A DNA stretch of 64,000 nt, from the IMG/VR virus record IMGVR_UViG_3300024239_000014, positions 124,001 through 188,000 of that record; one strand, written 5' to 3'. Positions 52,092-60,955 of the stretch are shown here, piece after piece. Both the position numbers and the translations under genes were made by a program. Under the pieces are notes generated by a model. That model had not been told where the DNA came from, did not search any database, and saw only the letters and a list, made by a program, of their open reading frames with translations. Within the stretch, counting starts at the first letter, position 1. Each line of letters begins with the position of its first letter.

Positions 52092-54245
52092 TTAATACCC
52101 TTCAAAATCGTTCAGCTCGTGCTTCATGACCAGTCTGGCCAAGTCAGGCGATAGCTCGACTTCGGTTGTTTCGATGAGGTCGAATCGGGGACCAGATAGC
52201 AAGACTTTATACTCGCACACCGGTACCTGGAAGATACCAATAGAAACACCTTGATCCGAGTCAACGGTCTGTCGTGCAATAACGTCGACGTTGGTCAATT
52301 GCTCACCAACCAAACCGACGGCATGTCCGCTGGTTTCTCGTTCCTTCAATCCCAGCACCCGGAACTCGGGAACCATGACCGAGAACGTATTACCCCCTTC
52401 GCTATTCACATCACCAATTCGATGAGTCGGTGTCCCTACCGGAATGCTCTTCTCGGTAGACATCGACTGAATGAACTGGATCGTGTAGCTGCTGAGCTGT
52501 GACATGAGCCTCAAGATAGCAGACTGGATGTCGCGCAGGCTGAAACGTTTCGCTGTATCCGATCCAGTGGCCTTGTTCAGGAGTTCTTTCGCAAAGAGTT
52601 CCCAATCAGCCTGTTGCAAGGAATCGAAGTTCAGCCCACGTTCATCGAACCAGCTCTCGTATGTCACAGTCTGGCCGAAATCCAGTGCATAGTGCCAGTT
52701 GTGGTGTTCAACCACTTGTTCGTACTGCGCTCTGACCTTTAAATGATCTTGGACACTGTATAAACGGAAGTGCCACAACTGATGTTGGTGGATCTGATGA
52801 CACAAGTCGAAGAAACCTTCGGTGGAAACAGTCAGTCCCACAGGCGGTAAATTTTCATACGTCTCGTTAATCATCTGATCTGTCACGTACGGTTTATCAG
52901 CCAGTACGCGCAACTCGTTGAATGACGGCACCTTGATCTTTCGCACATGTTTGGCTTGCAGTAATGGTAGGTGCGTGTGTGTGATGCCAACGGCCTTGTG
53001 CTCAGCGTAGAACCACAGCAGAAACGCATCCTTCACTGACATCGTTACGATTTCGCCGGTATTGGGATGAACCGCTGAAATCATGGCACGGTACAGGTTC
53101 TTGTGTACCATGTACATCCAGTGATTCAGCAACACATCCGGTAACGTGAATACCTCGCTATCGCTACTGTCAATGGCGTTTGATTCCACCACTTTAGTAG
53201 GCAGGCGTGAGAAGTTAGAATGCGCCATTTTAAAGGTGGCATTCTCCACTTCTTCAGCGTTGTATTCTTCGTTCTGACGCGCCAGCGCATCTTCCTGATC
53301 CACCACCTGTTGGACTGTTTTGTAGTACCCTCCTGGTGGGACGATGTGTTTGAGGTTTAGTGGCGTTGCCGCCATCTTCACCGCAGGGACCAAATCGGTT
53401 GGCAAGTTTGACGTGTCGTGTACCAACGAATACGAGGCAGCTGGAATACCGCGTTCAGTTAACATGTGCTGGATCAGCATCTTGAAGGTCGACGCTTTAC
53501 CAGCATTGTTGTTGATGTAGCGAATGTTGCGGTATAACCACAACGCCTGTTTGGTGGTCAGATAGTCGCGGTACACATCCAGATTCCCTTGGCCGGCCAA
53601 GAAGGTCCAGATATGGAAACTGTGTGCACGATTGGTGTGACAGTTCTTCAAACGGATGCCAAGGATGGTTTCTGGCAAATGACCGTACATCACTGCCAGT
53701 GCGGCACTATCGTACAGCTCATGATAAATACCATAGGCTGAAATATACCAGCGCTGATAAAAGGCGTTTATCACCAACTGGAGCTCTTCCACCAGGTTGG
53801 TTTCTTGGTCTTCCACCAGGTTGGTGTCGTACCAGAGAATTTGGTGATCGGCTGCCGCGATAGCTGTGTCCATGTCAATCGGACTCAAAATACCGCGGAT
53901 TAGCAGCTCTTGATTCGGATAACGCTCAACCAAAGCTTGATAATATGGCGTTCCGTAGACATAGGCCTTGGCGGTTGCTTTATGTTCCCGCATCGTGGCT
54001 CGTGTGAAAGCAATTTCTTCTAATGTATCGAATGACGTAATTGTCATCGGCACATCGCCTGGACCGTATTCACCGGCCAGGTTAAGATAGTATTTCCACG
54101 TCTTGGGTCGGTACAGGTCGACCTGTACGCCGACCTGCATCAAGGCGTTGTTGATGGCGTTGGCAGCAGCCTCGCTTTTAATCACAATGGTGCGGGCCAG
54201 TGCAAGCACATCCTTGAGATAAAGATCGTAAAGTTTTGAAGACAT
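52092..54245 (-). CDS. Virion structural protein, phiKZ gp128-like (717 aa)
   Basis: LA.TIVIKSE.A..IN, W.YYLNLAGEY, YL..N.GK..TF; divergent from the portal-like gene as in phiKZ relatives. Confidence 0.7.
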   Translation of the reverse strand: MSSKLYDLYLKDVLALARTIVIKSEAAANAINNALMQVGVQVDLYRPKTWKYYLNLAGEYGPGDVPMTITSFDTLEEIAFTRATMREHKATAKAYVYGTPYYQALVERYPNQELLIRGILSPIDMDTAIAAADHQILWYDTNLVEDQETNLVEELQLVINAFYQRWYISAYGIYHELYDSAALAVMYGHLPETILGIRLKNCHTNRAHSFHIWTFLAGQGNLDVYRDYLTTKQALWLYRNIRYINNNAGKASTFKMLIQHMLTERGIPAASYSLVHDTSNLPTDLVPAVKMAATPLNLKHIVPPGGYYKTVQQVVDQEDALARQNEEYNAEEVENATFKMAHSNFSRLPTKVVESNAIDSSDSEVFTLPDVLLNHWMYMVHKNLYRAMISAVHPNTGEIVTMSVKDAFLLWFYAEHKAVGITHTHLPLLQAKHVRKIKVPSFNELRVLADKPYVTDQMINETYENLPPVGLTVSTEGFFDLCHQIHQHQLWHFRLYSVQDHLKVRAQYEQVVEHHNWHYALDFGQTVTYESWFDERGLNFDSLQQADWELFAKELLNKATGSDTAKRFSLRDIQSAILRLMSQLSSYTIQFIQSMSTEKSIPVGTPTHRIGDVNSEGGNTFSVMVPEFRVLGLKERETSGHAVGLVGEQLTNVDVIARQTVDSDQGVSIGIFQVPVCEYKVLLSGPRFDLIETTEVELSPDLARLVMKHELNDFEGY

Positions 54246-54277
54246 AACACGTCCCTACAGTACTGAGGGTTGATTCA

Positions 54278-57199
54278 ATGACAACTGATAATCTTGGCAG
54301 CGGTGCGAAACGGATTGACCCGTTCTCGAAAGACACCGACGTTGGTGCTGTGGTAAACCTGCTGGTTCCTGCCCGCAAAACGGTAAAAGGTCAGCGCGTC
54401 GGTAATACCGGTATCGAAACACCAGACCGCGGTAGATTGGAATCCATTGGTAACGATTTGGCCAGCCAGATCACCAACTCCATGAACCTCTGCGAGATGT
54501 TGCCGGACATTGAGCTCATTAAACGACTGCTGGTTTCATCGATCATATCGCCACAGGATATGGTCTCTACTACGGTCAGTTTTGCCAGCGGTACCACAGC
54601 AATCACCGGTACGCTGTACGCTGAAATGTTGAAATACCTGACTGACTACTTCACAGAGCAGTACAAGGTTAAAGACATTCTACCGAAAGCCCTGGAAAAC
54701 GCGCTCTTTACCCATGGCTCTTATCCGCTGGCAGTAATCCCCGAAAGCGGGTTGGACAGCCTAATCAACAAGGGCGGCGAAATCAGCCTGGAGTCACTGA
54801 CGGCTTGGTACGACCCCCGTGAACATGCGGCGGTGAGTTCCGGATTGCTTGGCTACGGATTGCTGAACGCACCGACAACCAAACCAACAACTACCGTTAG
54901 TTTTGAATCGATGTTTACCACCACGGCTAGTTTGAGCGAGCAAACCGCCCAGGTCTTTAAAGGCGCGGATTTGGGTGGTAAAGTAACGGTGGTGGATAAC
55001 GTCAACGCGCTGAAATTCCCCGGCGTGGCTGAACGAGTCAGACAGAACGCTGTCACCAAAGCACTGATCAAGCAGGGGCTTGCATCGTCGTACGGTGAGA
55101 TCTCACTCGAGTCTTATCTCAGTCGTTCTAGCAAGAAAGACAAGAATGCTGAGATTGTCAACCAAGCCATCGACAAACTGACCCATAACCGTCAAATGCG
55201 CGGCAACGTGTCGGTAGCACTTTACCCGACCGATACGTATCGTCGTACCCCGGTGGGTCACCCGCTGGTAATGACTCTGCCGCCGGAATCCTTGATCCCG
55301 GTCCACGTGCCCGGTAACCCCGAGCAGCACATTGCGTATTTCCTGTTGCTGGATGAGTACGGTAACCCCATCCATCGAGCAAAAGGAAGTGACTATTACC
55401 AGAAGATGAAGACGTCTCTGGCTGATAAGAACGACGGGTCGGCTAACCACCGGATTGTTTCTACCATCTACAACCAGATTTCTGGTGGTGGTGACTGGAG
55501 TAAGGTGCGTGATTCGCAGCAGTTCTACAACAGTTATGCAACAGCAGTTCAGGCGGATTTGATCAATCGTCTGAAGACCGGTAAGTATAACACCGGTGTG
55601 GAACTGGCGAAGAACAACGAGTTGTACCGCATCATGCTGGCTCGTCAGTTGGCAAACATGGGCACCCAGATCCTCTTTATTCCTGCGGAACTGGTTACCT
55701 ACATTGCCTTTGATTACGACGATCATGGCATGGGTCGCAGTCTGGTAGACAAGGCCAAAATCCTGGGGACCATCCGCGCTGCGGTGATGTTCTCCAACAC
55801 CATGGCTGCGTTGCGTAAAGCCACACCGGCGGTGAACCTTAACATCGAACTGGATCCCGATGACCAGGCACCGCAGGAAACCGTGAATGCATTGCTACAC
55901 GAGTTTTCCAAGACTCGGTCAACGACTTTCTTGTTCGATAGCAGCAATCCGCAGGATATCGTTAATCACATCGTCAATGCGAACATCTCGACTGTGGTGA
56001 CCGGTAATCCCAATTACCCAGAAACCAAGGTATCGCAAGAAGACCGTCAACAGGTTGGTGCTGAAATCGACACCGACTACGAAGACGATCTACGGAAACG
56101 GTACATCCAAGCCATGGGGATGCTTCCTGACCTCATTGACAATTCGCAGAACGTCGAATTTGCGCAGTCCATCGTGTCGGGTAACCTCATGATGGCCAAG
56201 CAGATCAAAATGCTTCAGGACGTGGCGGTGGCAGTGTTCAGTGATCACCTGCAGAAGTACGTGTATAACTCAGGTCATCTGATGCGCGATCTGTTGGAAG
56301 TCGTGGTGCGATTCTTGAAGGAACTGGGGAGCGAGGATTATCAAAAATTCTTGGACACCTACGACCTTGAAGAAGAAAACCTTGATGACACTGAAAAAGG
56401 GCAGTCCGAGAACAAGATCCTCGCACGTTTGGCAGAAGCCATCCTCTTCGACTTTGTCGATAACTTTGGCATCACCTTACCCGAACCTGATGTGGCGAAG
56501 TTCGAATCGCAAGCAGCGGCATTGGAAGAATACATCAAAGTGCTCGACCAAACCCTGCCAGCATACGTTGAACAAGCCATGGTTCAAGGGGTGTTCCAAA
56601 ACGAAGCGGCTGACTCTGCTGAGGCGTACACCAAAGCAGTGAGGGCTTACTTTATCCGAGACTGGCTGCGTCGTAACAACATGATGCAAGAATTGGAAAT
56701 TCTCTGCAAAACGGAAGACGATGATCAGAGTGCGAAGACTGTGGCAGGGGAAGTGTTGGCGCATGCCGAATCCGTCCAGAGGTCGCTGGAGGAATTTGCA
56801 ACGCTGATGCAGAAGAATGCCCGTGACTTCACACGCCGTCTGGAAAAGGAAAAGCAATCCGAAGACGAACTGATGGGTACGACCGGTGACAGTGGGTCGA
56901 CTGATAGTTCTGACGGAATGGATGGTGGCGGTGGTGATGATTTCGGTGGGGATTTCGGTGGAGACGACACCGATTCGACAGCCGATGATACTGCAACCGA
57001 TGACGCAGCTTCTACCGACGCGACTGAAGCAGATGGTACGGAAGAAGAAAGTTCGGAAGAGCCGGCTACTGAAGAACCAGTAGCAACGGAAGAAACCGAG
57101 GAAGCACCTAAGGAAGATGGCGACGCGGCAGATACCGAGAAAGCAGAAGATGAAACTTCTGCTAAAGATACTGACGCTAAACCTGACGACAACGTGTAA
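54278..57199 (+). CDS. Putative portal protein, phiKZ gp129-like (973 aa)
   Basis: LVSSIISPQDM, GSYPLAVIPES, GHPLVMTLPPES.IPVH.PG.P..H..YF.LLDE.G.P, YIAFDY...GMGRSL; acidic tail; synteny. Confidence 0.7.
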   Translation: MTTDNLGSGAKRIDPFSKDTDVGAVVNLLVPARKTVKGQRVGNTGIETPDRGRLESIGNDLASQITNSMNLCEMLPDIELIKRLLVSSIISPQDMVSTTVSFASGTTAITGTLYAEMLKYLTDYFTEQYKVKDILPKALENALFTHGSYPLAVIPESGLDSLINKGGEISLESLTAWYDPREHAAVSSGLLGYGLLNAPTTKPTTTVSFESMFTTTASLSEQTAQVFKGADLGGKVTVVDNVNALKFPGVAERVRQNAVTKALIKQGLASSYGEISLESYLSRSSKKDKNAEIVNQAIDKLTHNRQMRGNVSVALYPTDTYRRTPVGHPLVMTLPPESLIPVHVPGNPEQHIAYFLLLDEYGNPIHRAKGSDYYQKMKTSLADKNDGSANHRIVSTIYNQISGGGDWSKVRDSQQFYNSYATAVQADLINRLKTGKYNTGVELAKNNELYRIMLARQLANMGTQILFIPAELVTYIAFDYDDHGMGRSLVDKAKILGTIRAAVMFSNTMAALRKATPAVNLNIELDPDDQAPQETVNALLHEFSKTRSTTFLFDSSNPQDIVNHIVNANISTVVTGNPNYPETKVSQEDRQQVGAEIDTDYEDDLRKRYIQAMGMLPDLIDNSQNVEFAQSIVSGNLMMAKQIKMLQDVAVAVFSDHLQKYVYNSGHLMRDLLEVVVRFLKELGSEDYQKFLDTYDLEEENLDDTEKGQSENKILARLAEAILFDFVDNFGITLPEPDVAKFESQAAALEEYIKVLDQTLPAYVEQAMVQGVFQNEAADSAEAYTKAVRAYFIRDWLRRNNMMQELEILCKTEDDDQSAKTVAGEVLAHAESVQRSLEEFATLMQKNARDFTRRLEKEKQSEDELMGTTGDSGSTDSSDGMDGGGGDDFGGDFGGDDTDSTADDTATDDAASTDATEADGTEEESSEEPATEEPVATEETEEAPKEDGDAADTEKAEDETSAKDTDAKPDDNV

Positions 57200-57201
57200 A
57201 C

Positions 57202-57243
57202 AAAAAAAAAAGAGGAGGACCAAAAGGTCCTCCTCTATGCCGC
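57202..57243. terminator. Hairpin at convergent junction
   Basis: A-tract, GAGGAGGACC-AAAA-GGTCCTCCTC, then TATGCCG. Confidence 0.8.
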
Positions 57244-57244
57244 A

Positions 57245-57745
57245 TTATTCGAGATACTGAAAATTACGACCAGTGCGGCTTTGCACAAACCACTGAATGA
57301 TCGAGTGATCTGTGTCTACTAAACAGGTGTGGTCGGTAAAGATGGTTTTAGCATCCACAATCTTGACTGTGGATTCATTGCCGCAATCGTACAAATCGGA
57401 GATATAGGCTATCCCTGAAAAGTAGAAAGGATCGAAGTACAGACCATCGACCCGTAATACAGGGCGGGCATTGGCAATAAGGTACTGTACTTGATACCCC
57501 ATTTCAGATGCCACTGCACCGATAGCGCACACAAAAAGACCAGGAGAACGCTGACAAAGGTCAGCTATGGCATTACTGTACGCCAGGTGATACGCTTCCA
57601 AATAGTCGCGTTTCTGACACATCCACTTGAAGAACGGGTGATGGGACGACAGGTGAGGTACACCCCCAAAACGTTTGGTCTGGTACTGCTCTACAAAAGC
57701 CAAAATCAGACCGGAGATTTCAGCGTATTTAGCACGATCAAACAT
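57245..57745 (-). CDS. Degenerate member of the Cys-His-Asp fold family (166 aa)
   Basis: AYHL, AIG.V, LYFDPFYFSGI; related to 57751..58362. Confidence 0.65.
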   Translation of the reverse strand: MFDRAKYAEISGLILAFVEQYQTKRFGGVPHLSSHHPFFKWMCQKRDYLEAYHLAYSNAIADLCQRSPGLFVCAIGAVASEMGYQVQYLIANARPVLRVDGLYFDPFYFSGIAYISDLYDCGNESTVKIVDAKTIFTDHTCLVDTDHSIIQWFVQSRTGRNFQYLE

Positions 57746-57750
57746 GGCGG

Positions 57751-58362
57751 TTAGTCAATCCTTTCCAGGTAGTTGATGTACTCGCCAGCGCCTGCAGGCT
57801 GACGGAACAGAAACGAAGGTACTTTGGCACGATTGACGAAACTGTGCAAAAGCAGGATGCCGTCTTCATCGTGGGTCATGTACTTTTCAAAAGCGTCTTT
57901 AAACGAGAGGGAGATCGATTTAACAGCCGGTCGATAACCGTACACATCGGTTTCACGAGGCGTACCTTTGGGATTAAGGGCGTCGTAATAATGCCCAGCG
58001 TGCGACAAGTAAACATGAGTGCCGTTGGTGACGAATTTGACTTCACTACCACGACAGTGAAGTACCCATCCAACCGCTAAGGCGGCGGTAGCTGCGTCGC
58101 GATCGACGATGGCAACGAGGTGTTGTAGGTGACCAAGGTGGTAAGCGGTCAACATCTCATTACGAACAGCGAGATATTTCACCACAGGGTTACGCGGACT
58201 GAGGTGTCCTGTTGTATGGCGTTCGACGGAATAAAAGCGCGTGAATTCCTCAATCACGGCGGCAATACTACACGTGTTGTTTGATGACACGATTGTCCTC
58301 CAGATGACGTATGGGTTAACTACCATAACATTCGCCTGGAGGAACTTCGTGATTAGTGCCAT
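57751..58362 (-). CDS. Degenerate member of the Cys-His-Asp fold family (203 aa)
   Basis: AALAVG, NGTHVY, HYYDALNPKG match 22934..23512 but no catalytic Cys. Confidence 0.65.
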   Translation of the reverse strand: MALITKFLQANVMVVNPYVIWRTIVSSNNTCSIAAVIEEFTRFYSVERHTTGHLSPRNPVVKYLAVRNEMLTAYHLGHLQHLVAIVDRDAATAALAVGWVLHCRGSEVKFVTNGTHVYLSHAGHYYDALNPKGTPRETDVYGYRPAVKSISLSFKDAFEKYMTHDEDGILLLHSFVNRAKVPSFLFRQPAGAGEYINYLERID

Positions 58363-58823
58363 GATGCAAATTTCGGTAAATTCTCCTTGAGGACGTTGAT
58401 CAGTTCGAAGTACTCAACATTGGTCGTCGATGGGTTTTTCACCACAAACTCCAACAGATCGAACAACAGTCTGTTGGCACTAAACACCGGCCGCAGATCG
58501 TCAATCGACGTCATCTTAAGCCGGTCACCGGAGAGCAGCGAATGAACGTACATCAGGTGTGCTTTAGGCTCGCTCTCGCGATGTTTGATGATAAACGTGA
58601 ACCTCCCTTGGGCATTAGGCACGGATGCCTTCATGACGAGTTTAGAGAGCTTGTGGTACAGCAGCAGGTGGTGGTAGAGCCGTTCGATTTCTTGGACGAT
58701 AAATTCCGGTAAGGTCTCCCAATTCTTACCTGCGATCTTAAACACGTCGAGCACTTCCACGTAATGCGTGTTTGACCCCACCAGTGCAATTAGGTCGTCA
58801 AAGTAGGGTGGTTTATCCGCCAT
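58353..58823 (-). CDS. Hypothetical protein (156 aa)
   Basis: RBS GAGGT. Confidence 0.7.
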   Translation of the reverse strand: MADKPPYFDDLIALVGSNTHYVEVLDVFKIAGKNWETLPEFIVQEIERLYHHLLLYHKLSKLVMKASVPNAQGRFTFIIKHRESEPKAHLMYVHSLLSGDRLKMTSIDDLRPVFSANRLLFDLLEFVVKNPSTTNVEYFELINVLKENLPKFASWH

Positions 58824-58840
58824 AAAACACCTCGTTAGGT

Positions 58841-58875
58841 TAACGGCATAAGAGGGCAGGGAATCCCTGCCCTCT
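58841..58875 (+). terminator. Motif-led hairpin oriented against the flanking genes
   Basis: TAACGGCATA-AGAGGGCAGGG-AAT-CCCTGCCCTCT. Confidence 0.6.
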
Positions 58876-58897
58876 CGCGGATTTGCCGTCTGACCTA

Positions 58898-60955
58898 TCA
58901 GACCAGTACGGCGTATACACCTTCATCAAAGAAGGTTTCATTCAGGTAGAGTCGCTGACCACTCCAGTCCACCAGACAGACATCGGTGGCCGGAAGTCGG
59001 TCGTTGAAGGACCGCTTGAAGACCGAGTCGATGTACTCGTACAGGACACTGGTCGTAGCGCGGCTGATGATAGCCGGCTCAGTACCGCCGAGGTCGAGGT
59101 CGAGGTCTTCGGAGCTCATCGGCAACATAGCGACGTAATGCGTGTTGAGCATCACCACCGTATTGTCGATGAGCGCTTTGCGGTGTTCATCCGCCAGCTG
59201 TTCCTTACGCACCGCTGTCTGTGACTTGGAATCCTGGAGCACCACGGTGTGGTCTTTCACCAGGATACCGCTGTTGGTCAGCAGTTCCAGACTACCGGAA
59301 GTAAACCGCAGGTAGTGGGATTCCAAAGACGGGTCGGCCAGGATGGCAATTCGCTTGTACATGGTCTTCTGCGCCGCCAGGAACGCGTCAAAGAGTTCCG
59401 GATAGCTTTCGCGAATGTGTGCTGCCAACTCGGCCCAATCGGTCAAGAACGAATCGATGGTCAGACTCAAGCCCAGACCTGCAGTCACCGTTTCATTGAC
59501 CACTCGCGTAGCCAGCTGATTGAGCGTGTAGTGCAGTCGTTGGCTGTACGTGATGACTTCTTCGATCTGACGATGGATTTCTGTCATGGTGCACGCACCA
59601 GCACCGATGAACAGATTGGGACAGCTCTGGCGCAGGTGTTCACGATTGCTGACGATGAACGGCATTGCCGACACCGACGTGAATTCCAGCGGGACGTTCA
59701 TGTTGGGAACGCTGTGCAAAGCGCCGAGCATTTCCGTGGCCATGTCCAGGTCATCACAAACCACCACGGCTTCGAGCACTTTGGGCTCATTGACCACGAT
59801 TGCGTCGTTGACCTCTTCTTCAACAGACTCGTCGTCGACCAGCGGGGCAGTGCTGAGTTCGGTTTTCAAGAACACGCCTTCAGATGCAGGATTGATCTTT
59901 TGCAGGGCGAGGTTCAACTGATGTGCGTTGTAATCATTCATTGGCTTCTCCCGTATATTGCCATCTTCATCCAGGTAATGGGTTGTTCTGTGGAAACAAG
60001 GGCGAAGAGGAGAATCCCCTACGCGCCAGACGATAAGATCGGTGTTGGTTGACCGTTTCGGTACCGGCGCTGGTGTCGCTGCCGGGACGGGTGCTGGGGT
60101 GATTTCTTTGGTTGTGGAAGCAAACCCAGACATGAAGGTCTTGGTTTCCCCATGTTGGTTGACCGCTTCCGCACCATTATCACCCATGGTCAGTTCCATC
60201 CAATGGTCCTCGGTCGGACGACCCTTCGGCGGTTGACCGATTGAAAACGGCGCTGGAGCAACTGGAGCAGCGGGGGTGGGTGTCGCTTTAGGTACCACAC
60301 CCGGCGTACTCAAACGACCACCTACCATCCCACCCACGGGCGCTACCGGCACAGCGCTAACCGGTGCTGCCGTACCGCCGACCACAGGTGCCCACTGCAT
60401 CGTCTGCTGAGGCATCATGTTGCCAAACCCAGGTACCGCCGGAGCTGGAGTCATCATCGGTGCCATACCGACACCAGGTGTCTGAAACTGACGCTGACGC
60501 TGCAACATGTCAATCTGCTGCGCAATTGTCTCAGCCTGCTGTGCTGCAACCTGAACATCCTGTACCACCTGAGGCTGCACATAAGGCTGCAGCTGCGGGT
60601 ACTTCACCAGCTCACGATACATGTACATCTTCATCATGAGCGGACCTGCGGTCTGCAGCGCAGTCATCACGTCACGGACTTGCTGCGATGCCAACAGGAA
60701 TTCTGTCACCTCCAATGTAGCACGCACTGCACTGGCCCACATCTGGTTCATGTAGTTGTTTTGGCTGTACGTATTGAAGCTGTGAATGCCCAGATGATCG
60801 CCTGACTGGGCGTACTGCTGCAGTACAGTACGCATGATGGCTTCTGCCGCAGGCTGCCACTGGGCCTGGTGCTGCGGCAAGTTCTGGATTGGCACTACCT
60901 GACCCTGCTGGTTCATCGGGTCCTGGCGCCAGTAGGCGGTATTGATCTGGCTCAT
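58898..60955 (-). CDS. Core jumbo-phage protein with Q/P-rich N-terminal half (685 aa)
   Basis: ATGA-coupled to the RNAP subunit gene; low-complexity Q/P/A region followed by an acidic globular region. Confidence 0.75.
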   Translation of the reverse strand: MSQINTAYWRQDPMNQQGQVVPIQNLPQHQAQWQPAAEAIMRTVLQQYAQSGDHLGIHSFNTYSQNNYMNQMWASAVRATLEVTEFLLASQQVRDVMTALQTAGPLMMKMYMYRELVKYPQLQPYVQPQVVQDVQVAAQQAETIAQQIDMLQRQRQFQTPGVGMAPMMTPAPAVPGFGNMMPQQTMQWAPVVGGTAAPVSAVPVAPVGGMVGGRLSTPGVVPKATPTPAAPVAPAPFSIGQPPKGRPTEDHWMELTMGDNGAEAVNQHGETKTFMSGFASTTKEITPAPVPAATPAPVPKRSTNTDLIVWRVGDSPLRPCFHRTTHYLDEDGNIREKPMNDYNAHQLNLALQKINPASEGVFLKTELSTAPLVDDESVEEEVNDAIVVNEPKVLEAVVVCDDLDMATEMLGALHSVPNMNVPLEFTSVSAMPFIVSNREHLRQSCPNLFIGAGACTMTEIHRQIEEVITYSQRLHYTLNQLATRVVNETVTAGLGLSLTIDSFLTDWAELAAHIRESYPELFDAFLAAQKTMYKRIAILADPSLESHYLRFTSGSLELLTNSGILVKDHTVVLQDSKSQTAVRKEQLADEHRKALIDNTVVMLNTHYVAMLPMSSEDLDLDLGGTEPAIISRATTSVLYEYIDSVFKRSFNDRLPATDVCLVDWSGQRLYLNETFFDEGVYAVLV

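Noticed and set aside
47688-60052. Long opposite-strand ORFs (47688..48530, 55103..55726, 56477..57223, 59249..60052)
   Set aside because: Antisense shadows of conserved structural genes
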